In this document: positions 48,124 to 57,125 of the stretch, piece after piece
Position numbering within the stretch: position 1 is the stretch's first letter
Layout: each line of letters begins with the position of its first letter
NCBI GenBank assembly: GCA_021205085.1
Contig: JAJPYF010000003.1
Coordinates: 1-57,125 of the forward strand
Direction: 5' to 3'
DNA from: Clostridiales bacterium
GTDB taxonomy: Bacteria > Bacillota > Clostridia > Lachnospirales > Lachnospiraceae
DNA length: 57,125 nucleotides
The notes under the pieces: model-generated
Seen by the model: only the letters and a program-made list of their open reading frames with translations
Database searches by the model: none
What the model was told of the DNA's origin: nothing
Made by a program: the position numbers and the translations under genes

Positions 48124-49305
48124 TCACAGGTCGTCGTCCGCGTTGTACTCCACGGTCGGCGTGTCGTCTTCCTCATCCTTCTTTTTCTTCTTCGTCACAT
48201 AGAGCTGCATGATGATGAAGAACGCGTTCAGTGCAAGGCTGATGAAGAAGAGAATCGGCCATACCTTATGGATCGGGATGTTGCAGTAGCGTCCCTCCGG
48301 AAGGACCTCAACCTCTACTTCCTTGACGACCTCCTCGGGTTCGGACAGCTCATCCATCTTTTCCTCGATCTGCTCGATCAGGGAACGAAGGCTTGCCGCT
48401 GCCGCGTCAACCGCCTCCTGATCACCGCTCGTCAGCAGATCCGCCGCGTCAACGAGTTCGGAGAGCAGCTCAGCCCAGAGCTGGCCCAGCTCATCCGAAT
48501 CGCGCAGCTCCTCCGCCGCCGCGATCGCCGCTTCCAACTCCGAGTAATCGATCTCGACCAGCGCCGCGATTGCTTCCTCCAGGTCAGCCGCCGCCGCGTC
48601 AACCTTGGTCTGGCTCGTTCCCTTCTGCTGGCCGTAGGCGGCGTTCAGTGCTTCCAGCATCGCCTCCCAGCTGTCATTCGTGTAATCAGACTGGGTCAGA
48701 CCCTCCGCGATGGAAATCTGCTTGTTCAGCTCGGTGTAGTCGATCGACTCTCCCTCCGTCACCTCGGTCTTCGTCGAGCTCGATGAGCTGGAGGACGAGG
48801 AAGAAGCAGATGACGAGCTGCTGCTCCCGGAGGAGCTTCCGCCGGATGATGTGCCGCTTCCGGAGGAGGAACTACTCGATGCAACGACCGTCACGGTCTG
48901 AGTTGCTGTCGTATTTTCCTTTACATCATTTCCATAATTGTAGTAGGTCTTGTATGCAAAGGAGATCGTTGCGCTATCCCCCGCTTTCGCAGAGGAAGAA
49001 ATTGTTAATTTTACAGGTATCGATCCGCTGTACAAGTTACCATCGGATGAAACAGATATACTGCTTCCTGAAGCCATTGGGCTCATGCCGCTCGGAAAAC
49101 CGCTTGTTACGAACTCTGCTCCAGTAATAATTCCGGAACTGTCATAGCTCAGGGTTCCCTGAATACTGTCAACCTCCGAAAAGCTGAAGTACACCGTCAC
49201 ACTTGTCGTCCCCTCGGTTATCTCAGCTGCACACACATTAAAACTCGCCGCCACCATAAGGATCATTGCCAGCAAGAGTGCCGTGGCTTTTTTCAAATAC
49301 TTCAT
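48124..49305 (-). CDS. membrane-anchored cohesin-like protein with Ser-rich linker and FIVAR-like repeats
   Basis: Signal peptide; beta-sandwich-like VTVYFSFSEVDSIQGTLSYD...AKAGDSATISF; poly-Ser linker; DYTELNKQISIAEGLTQSDYTNDSW repeats; C-terminal TM plus KKKKK. Confidence 0.65.
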   Translation of the reverse strand: MKYLKKATALLLAMILMVAASFNVCAAEITEGTTSVTVYFSFSEVDSIQGTLSYDSSGIITGAEFVTSGFPSGMSPMASGSSISVSSDGNLYSGSIPVKLTISSSAKAGDSATISFAYKTYYNYGNDVKENTTATQTVTVVASSSSSSGSGTSSGGSSSGSSSSSSASSSSSSSSSSTKTEVTEGESIDYTELNKQISIAEGLTQSDYTNDSWEAMLEALNAAYGQQKGTSQTKVDAAAADLEEAIAALVEIDYSELEAAIAAAEELRDSDELGQLWAELLSELVDAADLLTSGDQEAVDAAAASLRSLIEQIEEKMDELSEPEEVVKEVEVEVLPEGRYCNIPIHKVWPILFFISLALNAFFIIMQLYVTKKKKKDEEDDTPTVEYNADDDL

Positions 49306-49346
49306 GTTATCTTATCCTCCTTTTATACTGCCTGCTTACCGCATAA

Positions 49347-52300
49347 CTACTTCATACTGCTCACATAGCTTGACCAGTTCAACCACTTATACTTAGTCCG
49401 TGTAGCGTCTCCGCTGTCCACGCTGCCATCCCAGTTTATATCTCCTGCCAGCAGCGAATTGCCGGTTAATACTCTGGTTCCGAGATAGTTCATCTGCATC
49501 TGTGTAGCATCACCAGAATCACTTGCGCCATCACAGTTTGTGTCACCCATGATGATTACTGTGTAGGTGATCGTGGCTGTCTTCCCGGTTGATGTGTTTG
49601 TCGCAGTCCAAGTCGCCTTTGCACCGGTGTACACAAGACCATTCTTCGTGTCGATGCTGGTCAAAACGGATGTGTCCGCATTGTTGGCACGATGCAATAT
49701 TGCTGATTTAAACTGCTCCGCAGTGATTCCGTCTGGATGTACATCCAGATATATGTAGCCTGTTTCCACTTTGACTTTCTGAATTGTGCTTGTAGAACTA
49801 GACGGAGGTGTTGCAAGCAAACCATCATAATTCGGATCCGCCACAGTCAGGGTATAGCTGTAAAGCCCGGTGCTTGAATTATATGTTTCGGTCACAGATG
49901 CGCCTGTCACGCCGCTATATGCCTCCACTGCCAGCTGCTGATTGGATGTCAGCGTTACACCGGCCGCAGTCAGGCGGAAGTAATAGGAACCTGCACTAAT
50001 TGCCCCAGCGGTAGATGTATTTACGTTGATCGTCAGATCACGATCCACATCTATAATCCCACTCATTGCTACGCTGCCATAAACAGTTACACTCCCGTTA
50101 TTGTTCTTCGCAGCTATAACAGCTTTATCAAAATCACCTCTTGGATCTTTATCTGGATCATCATCTTTAATCACTTTTCCTGAAGAGTCGTAAGCAACTA
50201 CATCATAGTAGCTCAGCGTGTAGGTGTAGATTCCGCTAGCATCCGGCACATACTCAACAACATCCATTTCATCAAGTGCAGAAGTTACATTGCTCAATGA
50301 AACATTCGAACTCAATGTTTTTCCGGAAGTCAACACAAAGGAATATGTCCCCATATCTTTGATTTGTCCGCCATTCGATTCACTTATTGTCAGAGACACA
50401 TCATCCGTTACATTTATATCTGCTCCCATTGCCACACTGCCATATACGGTCACAGATCCATCATTTGTTATCGCGGACTGAATAGCGTATCCCAGATTAT
50501 TTCCTGTACCATCTGTAATCACGCCATTTGAAGAATCATATACCACCACGTCATAGTAGCTCAGTGAATAGGTGTAGTTTCCGTTAGCATCCTTATCTGA
50601 CGCATCTACTTTCATTTCATCAGATGCAGAAGTCACATTGCTGAGACTTACATTGGAGACTAGCTTTGCAGTGGACGACATCAAACAGAAGGAGCCAGTT
50701 ACATTCGCAAATGCCACGTTACTTGCAAAGACCAGATCTACCTCATTGCTCACTTCAATATTCCGATCCATGTCTACGTTGTCGTTAATTTCTATTGTCT
50801 CTACATCAGATCCGGTAATGTTATCCAGTACATCCAGCGTATCCCCTTTGTGGATAGTACCACTGCTGTCCGTTGCGATCACAGAGTATGTTGCTCCAAA
50901 CAATGCAACCGTAATCTTAGATGTGTTCGCCGACTGTGCATTCAGAGTATAGTTCACGGTCATACCGGAAGCTCCGACGGAACCGCTCATGGCCTGAGCT
51001 GCGTTCAGAACATATGTACCCTCATTATCATTAGCAGTATCTTCGTAATTTGAGAGTGCTGTGTTCACGCCTGCCACACTCGTATTTCTCAGAATGTAGC
51101 TGATCCCAACAAAGAGGATTTCATATTTTGCATACAAGTCTTTTGCTGTTGTATTGGTAATACTGAGACCGGCGCTGCTTGTCAGGTTATTTATCACAGC
51201 CTCCAAATCCGTCCCTGCATTCACTGCCTTAAGGGCCGCGACCAAATCCGACACGCTGCAAGCATTCACCGCTTTCTTTAAGGTTCTCCGGGTCGTGCTT
51301 GTTGCATTCAAGTCAAAAGCATTGATGGCTGTGATCAAATCGCTTTGTGTTGTACCGTCTGTTATATTCGCTAGAAGGATCGCCACAATCAGTGCATAGT
51401 CATCATCTTCATTCAGGGTAAGTGTTGCATTCATATCAACGCTTCCCGCGATATCCAACTGTCTTCCGGAGGACAGGCTCACATCTTTGATCACGATACT
51501 CTGGTCTGACACTTCCGCCACCCCGCTCAGATTCTCCAGCAGAGTGATTACTTCACTGTAATGTGTACTGGTCGAATCCAGATAAATGGAAATGGTCTTC
51601 TGCGCTGCTGTATTGTTGCTGTCAGCTGCAGCATCCACCGTCAGATATGTGCCGTTATCATCTGCGGTCGTGACGGTCAGACCCCAGTAAGCAGTGTTCA
51701 CAGCATAGCTTGCCAACGCGCTGCCCGCCGACGCACTGCTGTACAGGGTAGAGAAATCCGTAAACTCCGTCAGCATCTGGGTCAGCAGTCCGGATATGCC
51801 GGTGCTATCGTCACCCAATGTCACACAGACGCTCAGAATGTCGTTCGCAAGAGTGCTGAGGCTTGTGTTTCCATTGCAGTGATCCGCCAGCATACCAAGC
51901 AGATCATCGAGCTCTACCTCATAAATCGCATAACCGCCCATGCTCATGGATGCGCTCATGTAGTTATTGAGGAGAAGATCAAAAGCAAGTGTCACCGCGA
52001 TCTCCTGCGCGCTGAAATTGTTGTCCAGCAGCTCATCCGGATTCAGATAGACGGAAATGCCGCCGCTGCCGTCGCTTGTGACAGAATACAGTGTATTTCC
52101 CGCATAAGCAGATCCGTTCAGGCCGCCTGTGATCACTCCGCTGTCGCCGAGGCTGCTGTCGATCACTGTGATATTCGTCCCCGTCACACTGCCATCGATC
52201 GTATGGCCGTTCAGGTCGAGATACAGGGCTTTATCCGTGCTGATATTACCGGTATAATCACCGGTCAGAACCACAATGGTTCCGCTGCCCGCCGCCGTGA

Positions 52301-55300
52301 TGGCGGAGGAAAGGTTCTTCTTAAAGCCGATCATCTGTGTCAGGCCGCTTGCCGAGGTGTCCAGTATCAACGCCTCGTAACTGGTAGAGGATATATTGGC
52401 AACATCAATATCCAGAGCAGCAGTCAGGCCGTTCGTTTTCTCATTGTCCGAAAGGATGCCAGAAGCCAGACTGCTCATATTGTTCACAAATGTTTCCAGA
52501 GCAGCTCCGTTGTAGGTCAGGGTGCTTCCGTCATATGTACAATTCCCCGCCGCCGTCCAGAGAAGGTTCAGGATTCCTGTAAAGGATGAGTTGTCAAAGT
52601 ATGTATCAAAGCTCGTGATGCCCAGCTGATTCAGCGTATTCTTTGTCACCTCGGAGATACTGCTGCCATTCAAATCCGCAGCCAGAGCCTCTTCAATCAG
52701 AGCCCAGACTTCGTTGACCAGCGCATCATTATCCACGGCATTGATATCCGAAAGCTCCAGTTCTCCCGTGAGCAGGAGATCCGCCAGCAACATCTGATAC
52801 GCCGAATCCGGAAGCGTCAGATCGACATCCGCCGTGCCGCCCGTCATTTTGAAATCGACATAGGAACTCATTTTCGCCAGCGCGCTGTGCAGGGAGTCAA
52901 GGCTGCTCGCCGCAGTCGGTTTCCCGAAATTCTCAAGCGTGATATGGAGAGTTACATTACAACCATCAATACCTGTGACCAGTGATAATATCTCTGCTCC
53001 GTAAAAGTTGCTCTGTGTACCCGTCTCCGCGTTGCTAACGTAGTAGGAACCCCCGAGTGTGTTGTTTGTGAATGATGCCACCGTTCCGCTCAGCGTCAGC
53101 TCATTCGCCATATAATCTCCGTTTACCTCCGTTGCCTTCAGCAGATCATCCATGGTAAATCCGCTGTTGAGCACCGCGTCTACCAGCGCCTGGAAATAAA
53201 CTGTCGTATCACTCACGTCAACAAAAGTTTCAGCATTTGCCGATGTCTTGCCCTTCAGTGTCACTTCACTTGAAATATTGCTGCTCGCCAGCAGAACCTC
53301 CGCCACCGCAGCGATGATCTCGGTATACGACATCCCCGACTGCGGACTCATCCGCAGAACGATATCGGTGACATTGCCATCGGCATCCTCCACCGGGATA
53401 AAGCTGACCGCCATACCCTCCGATGTAGACACGCCCGACACACCCGCAAGCGCCGCGTTCAGCTCGTCGACCAGTGAAATCATGGTCTCGTGAGCGATAT
53501 CCACAGTCGTCACCGTCAAGATAATGCTGGCATCTCCGCTCTGAGGATTGGTTACTGTCAGCAGATCATTGATCGCTCCAGTTGAATCAAAGCAAGACGC
53601 AAGTCCTGTATAGCTATATGCAGAAGAACCATCTGCAGTAACTGTAAAGGATGAACCATCCTTTAATGTCACCTCATACTTTGTCCCCTCCGCCGGAACC
53701 GGAATCGTAACGGCCGCATCTTCGTATGTAATTGTCTGATCCGTCCATGAAGCATCAACATCTCCTGCGAATGTCACATTGTAGGTCTTTGCCGACCATG
53801 TGACAGACACCGCAGTGCTGCCGGCATCAATCGTGTCTCCTTCAGACAGACCGAGCGATCCGCTTCTGTAATAGTAGTTATCATACGGGTAAGTCAGCGT
53901 ACTCTCCAACTTACTAAGCTCTGTACCAAGGCTGGTAATATCAGCAGCAGTCAACGTATAGCTGGTGCCCGAACCGCAGTCAAACGTTACGGGATCAGCG
54001 GTTGCCAGAACTGTCCCGGCATCGTTTACAATCTGAACTGTCACCATCGCCATACCGGGAGCCTCTTTTGACACCTCGGTGGTCAGCGCCATGTTTCCGC
54101 TGATGCCGGTAAATGTTTCATTCGATACCCCGGCAGTCGCTCCCGCTTCGAGTGCAGCGGCCAATGCGGCCAAGTCCGCAGATGATGCGCTCGTGTTGAT
54201 CGCCGCGTTCGGCGCCTGAAGAGTGACCGCTTCCAGTGTAGAAATCATGGCGTCAATTCTGGACATGTAGTTATCCACCTGAGTCTGGGTCAGTCGCCCG
54301 GAAGATACCAGACTATTCAAAATATACTCCAACGTGGTCTGACCCGTATATTCCGGTACACCGCCGCAATATGTATCATCGACAACGGTTTTTATATCTG
54401 AATACATCTCCGCAATCTCTTCGATCAGATTCTCCGCATTGTCTCCCGAATAATACCATGCCATCCCGGATGACTGATAGCTGCTCAGGCTGCTGTATAA
54501 GCCCAGCGACCCATTCGCACCGTATTCGTTGTACAGGCTGTTAATCACATTTCTTGCGCTGGTATCAAAATTGCCTATAAAAATACGGATGTCTCCCAGG
54601 TAATCTCCGAACGCCTCCAATCCCTTCATCAGATCACCATCCGCATCACTCAGGCTGTCCAGAACAGCCTTCTGCGCGGAATACTCTTCCACCAACGCCG
54701 CGGGAAGATTCAGCGCTGCCAGAAGATCATCGCTGTCGATGATTGCGGATGAGATGCTCAGCTTATAGGTGACCTTTACGTATGCCACACCGCTGCTAAC
54801 TGTCAATGTGGCAGTCTCCGCGCCGTTAAATGACCCGGTATCAACAACGGCCTGACTGTTGTCGTAGGCAGTGTATGTGTCGGCCACCCAGTATGCATCT
54901 CCCGTCACACTGCCGCCGCTCAGGTAAGCGCTCACCGACGGAGCAGATACAACATAGAAGCCACTATTATCAACCTTCAGTTCCACATCCGTGGGGTAAA
55001 GAAGCTCCACTGCCGTGTTGGCGGAGTTTCCACTGGTCTCCGTATGTAACGCGGAACTTCCCAGAATGGCTGCAGCCTCATCAGAAAAACCACTGTCCGT
55101 TGCAGCCGCCGTCAGTGTATAAAGCCAAGTATCCTCGACGCTGCCCTCCACCTCGGCTCTCACTATACTTGTGGCAGCTGTGAAGCGAACCGTGGAGCAC
55201 TGCCAGTAGAAGTTCTCCGTCACGTTCACCGTTACCGTATATTTGTACAGCCAGCCGGTCGTCGCGTGATCCGCCAGGGTATAGACATACCCGTAAGGCA

Positions 55301-56834
55301 CAGATGTGCTCGCGCTGTCCCACTCGGTGGTCAGCGTCACATCCTTCGGGGTGTAGGCGATCACAATTTTCGTAATCTCACCGCTATTTTTCTCGACGTT
55401 CACAGTTCTTTCATAATTCGCAGTGTCAACATCATAATCCGTCCACTCAGCCAGAGCCGCTGACTCGGCATCCGCAGCCGCAGTCTCTACCGCTGACTGA
55501 TCCGCGCCGTCAGAAACTGACACCGCGTCGGTATAGGTCTTGGTTGTCGTCGCGGTGTTGTCCGCCGCGCAATCGGTGCTGTCCAAATCGATGACAGCTG
55601 CAGTTACCTCCACGTCCACACTGTGCCGGTTGACCTGCGCGTTGATGGTGACGGAAGGTGCAATCGATAAATCAGCGTAGGTGACAGAGGAAGCAGTATA
55701 GGTACCAAGAGCAGTCAAAAGATTATCCAGTGCAGTATATCCCGCCGTATCAATAGTGGTTATCAGAAGCGCGCTTGAGCTGTTCTCTGTCAGGCAAGCC
55801 CATGCGTCATATGTAACCACTTGGTTCGCGTCTACTTTATAATTTTCGTCTGCATCACAAATATTCACAACTGCTGTCAGAGCTGATTGCAGAGTCGGGT
55901 TAAACAATTTTGCTTCAATTATTGTAGACCCAAGATCCTTACCATTGTAAGAAATTTCCAAATTCGGATTATTATCAAAAATTGTAATCCAAGAACTTAT
56001 ATCTGCTGATATTGCGACAAGGTATTCATATGTCTCTTCCATGTCTGTTTTGAAATCTCCGGTCAGAAGATATTCCGTCGAATTCCCGTTCGTATAGCTC
56101 TCAAGGTCTTTTGTCAGATCAAAGCTGCCGTTCGTACTATACTGGGTATACAGAGACTCTATATAATTTGAAGAAGTTGCCATATAGGATTTGAAGTTAT
56201 ATAGATCATCAATCACACTTTCCAGTGCTTTAAGCGAAGAATACAATTCGCTGTACACCGTGTCCAGATTCTCAACGCCCGTATACAACCACCCGATACT
56301 TTCGAAAAGTCTCTGCTGCTCAGCAGCACCCGCCACCGTCGCAATCGAATAGTCAACGGACACACTGTAATTCTTGTCATCCTGAGAGTTCGTGAATGTA
56401 CCAACATAATTTCCATTGCCGTCACTCGTCAGGGTCACAGACTTAGGCTGTGTCTGAGAGTTGTCATATGTCACCGTTGCAGCGGAACCCGGCGTCCATG
56501 TATTCCCCTGCGTGTCGGTGTAGGTCTTTGCCGTGATGGTCACTTCTACCGTATTATTGGTCTCTGTGCCATCCTCCGCAAGAACCAGATCATCACCGTC
56601 TGAGGGCGCGACATAGGTATATGTCGACTCATTCAGATAACCGGATGTGAGCACAGCCTCCTCCGCACTCGTCAGGCTGTACGCGTCCGCCATCAGCTGA
56701 CCGGTCGTCGTCGATACAGCACTGCTGGCTGAAGCAGTCAGAAGCGTCAGTCCGTTCGGGCACAGGTTGAATACCATGGCGGCGCTCAGAGCCACGGCAA
56801 TCCATCGTTTCAGAAGCCCATTTTTTCCTTTCAT
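49347..56834 (-). CDS. 2495-aa secreted surface protein with C-terminal type I dockerin-like domain and internal repeats
   Basis: Sec signal (KRWIAVALSAAMVFNLC...ASA); C-terminal GDTNCDGASDSGDA...GDINWDGSVDSGDA duplicated Ca-binding loops; no catalytic domain recognised. Confidence 0.85.
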   Translation of the reverse strand: MKGKNGLLKRWIAVALSAAMVFNLCPNGLTLLTASASSAVSTTTGQLMADAYSLTSAEEAVLTSGYLNESTYTYVAPSDGDDLVLAEDGTETNNTVEVTITAKTYTDTQGNTWTPGSAATVTYDNSQTQPKSVTLTSDGNGNYVGTFTNSQDDKNYSVSVDYSIATVAGAAEQQRLFESIGWLYTGVENLDTVYSELYSSLKALESVIDDLYNFKSYMATSSNYIESLYTQYSTNGSFDLTKDLESYTNGNSTEYLLTGDFKTDMEETYEYLVAISADISSWITIFDNNPNLEISYNGKDLGSTIIEAKLFNPTLQSALTAVVNICDADENYKVDANQVVTYDAWACLTENSSSALLITTIDTAGYTALDNLLTALGTYTASSVTYADLSIAPSVTINAQVNRHSVDVEVTAAVIDLDSTDCAADNTATTTKTYTDAVSVSDGADQSAVETAAADAESAALAEWTDYDVDTANYERTVNVEKNSGEITKIVIAYTPKDVTLTTEWDSASTSVPYGYVYTLADHATTGWLYKYTVTVNVTENFYWQCSTVRFTAATSIVRAEVEGSVEDTWLYTLTAAATDSGFSDEAAAILGSSALHTETSGNSANTAVELLYPTDVELKVDNSGFYVVSAPSVSAYLSGGSVTGDAYWVADTYTAYDNSQAVVDTGSFNGAETATLTVSSGVAYVKVTYKLSISSAIIDSDDLLAALNLPAALVEEYSAQKAVLDSLSDADGDLMKGLEAFGDYLGDIRIFIGNFDTSARNVINSLYNEYGANGSLGLYSSLSSYQSSGMAWYYSGDNAENLIEEIAEMYSDIKTVVDDTYCGGVPEYTGQTTLEYILNSLVSSGRLTQTQVDNYMSRIDAMISTLEAVTLQAPNAAINTSASSADLAALAAALEAGATAGVSNETFTGISGNMALTTEVSKEAPGMAMVTVQIVNDAGTVLATADPVTFDCGSGTSYTLTAADITSLGTELSKLESTLTYPYDNYYYRSGSLGLSEGDTIDAGSTAVSVTWSAKTYNVTFAGDVDASWTDQTITYEDAAVTIPVPAEGTKYEVTLKDGSSFTVTADGSSAYSYTGLASCFDSTGAINDLLTVTNPQSGDASIILTVTTVDIAHETMISLVDELNAALAGVSGVSTSEGMAVSFIPVEDADGNVTDIVLRMSPQSGMSYTEIIAAVAEVLLASSNISSEVTLKGKTSANAETFVDVSDTTVYFQALVDAVLNSGFTMDDLLKATEVNGDYMANELTLSGTVASFTNNTLGGSYYVSNAETGTQSNFYGAEILSLVTGIDGCNVTLHITLENFGKPTAASSLDSLHSALAKMSSYVDFKMTGGTADVDLTLPDSAYQMLLADLLLTGELELSDINAVDNDALVNEVWALIEEALAADLNGSSISEVTKNTLNQLGITSFDTYFDNSSFTGILNLLWTAAGNCTYDGSTLTYNGAALETFVNNMSSLASGILSDNEKTNGLTAALDIDVANISSTSYEALILDTSASGLTQMIGFKKNLSSAITAAGSGTIVVLTGDYTGNISTDKALYLDLNGHTIDGSVTGTNITVIDSSLGDSGVITGGLNGSAYAGNTLYSVTSDGSGGISVYLNPDELLDNNFSAQEIAVTLAFDLLLNNYMSASMSMGGYAIYEVELDDLLGMLADHCNGNTSLSTLANDILSVCVTLGDDSTGISGLLTQMLTEFTDFSTLYSSASAGSALASYAVNTAYWGLTVTTADDNGTYLTVDAAADSNNTAAQKTISIYLDSTSTHYSEVITLLENLSGVAEVSDQSIVIKDVSLSSGRQLDIAGSVDMNATLTLNEDDDYALIVAILLANITDGTTQSDLITAINAFDLNATSTTRRTLKKAVNACSVSDLVAALKAVNAGTDLEAVINNLTSSAGLSITNTTAKDLYAKYEILFVGISYILRNTSVAGVNTALSNYEDTANDNEGTYVLNAAQAMSGSVGASGMTVNYTLNAQSANTSKITVALFGATYSVIATDSSGTIHKGDTLDVLDNITGSDVETIEINDNVDMDRNIEVSNEVDLVFASNVAFANVTGSFCLMSSTAKLVSNVSLSNVTSASDEMKVDASDKDANGNYTYSLSYYDVVVYDSSNGVITDGTGNNLGYAIQSAITNDGSVTVYGSVAMGADINVTDDVSLTISESNGGQIKDMGTYSFVLTSGKTLSSNVSLSNVTSALDEMDVVEYVPDASGIYTYTLSYYDVVAYDSSGKVIKDDDPDKDPRGDFDKAVIAAKNNNGSVTVYGSVAMSGIIDVDRDLTINVNTSTAGAISAGSYYFRLTAAGVTLTSNQQLAVEAYSGVTGASVTETYNSSTGLYSYTLTVADPNYDGLLATPPSSSTSTIQKVKVETGYIYLDVHPDGITAEQFKSAILHRANNADTSVLTSIDTKNGLVYTGAKATWTATNTSTGKTATITYTVIIMGDTNCDGASDSGDATQMQMNYLGTRVLTGNSLLAGDINWDGSVDSGDATRTKYKWLNWSSYVSSMK
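49840..50890 (-). repeat. tandem ~110-aa repeats (2 clear, 1 degenerate) just before the dockerin; boundaries approximate
   Basis: SNVSLSNVTSA(S/L)DEM...G(N/I)YTY(S/T)LSYYDVV(V/A)YDSS...GSVTVYGSVAM occurs twice; DNA similarity near 50200-50300 vs 50550-50650. Confidence 0.8.
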
Positions 56835-57125
56835 ATTCTCTCCTCGCCTTCTTTAAAATGTTTCGTATGAAAAGGTACTATTGTGATAAAAAAGCATTGA
56901 GCAACAGACTGTTTCATCTGTGTTTCAGATGGTGGCGAAATCAGATATCAGCGGGTTCTGACAATGGCTGTTTTTTTCAAAGTATTGAAAGAATGCGGAA
57001 ATTGCGCGATTGATTTGAGGCAAGCGGAATTCAGACCCCAAAAAATGGACATTGGAAAAAAACCTGATTGATAACATTTTCTTCAGGCCTGCTTTGCATG
57101 CCATAAAACTTTATAATATGTAGAA

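Noticed and set aside
23486-48786. Long plus-strand ORFs (e.g. 23486..24664, 34840..35733, 39823..41043, 45356..46327, 47125..48786)
   Set aside because: They are antisense shadows of well-supported minus-strand genes, R/H-rich and without recognisable motifs.
48124-56834. Cellulosome gene cluster
   Set aside because: Only one dockerin and at most one cohesin; no glycoside hydrolase, CBM or multi-cohesin scaffoldin recognised.
56835-57125. c-di-GMP-I riboswitch upstream of the operon (minus-strand GCAAAGC...GGCCT near 57085-57098)
   Set aside because: The upstream GGCAAAC/GAAA-tetraloop stem is not present in the visible sequence. The match is too short and close to the window edge, so an Rfam scan with more flank is needed.
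1-57125. CRISPR array, rRNA or tRNA genes
   Set aside because: No regularly spaced repeat-spacer pattern or RNA-gene signature was seen; the window is almost fully protein coding and its repeats are paralog-derived.

Overview
This is Firmicutes-like DNA, probably a gut Lachnospiraceae/Clostridiales organism (inferred from protein families and RBS style). Almost the whole window (1549..56834) is one minus-strand run of 22 tightly packed genes (gaps <=~140 bp, several overlapping) that looks like a dedicated cell-surface fibre/adhesin system. In transcription order it encodes: a 2495-aa secreted dockerin protein; a membrane-anchored cohesin-like/FIVAR protein; a degenerate HD-GYP+EAL protein; a membrane-anchored subunit; a probable major subunit bracketed by stem-loops; and further SipW-type (TasA/CalY-like signal) subunits interleaved with two SipW-class signal peptidases and a membrane-anchored McrB-like AAA+ NTPase coupled to a nuclease-less DUF2357/McrC-like coiled-coil protein. 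Then come five ~1600-1770-aa paralogous subunits with variable tips (one frameshifted in a homopolymer), two BspA-type LRR membrane proteins, an Lgt-like enzyme and a catalytically degenerate tyrosine recombinase. The left end carries two nonsense-interrupted genes (ABC-class ATPase-like, Rpn-like). No rRNA, tRNA or CRISPR array was seen. All family calls come from motif recognition by eye, not from database searches.
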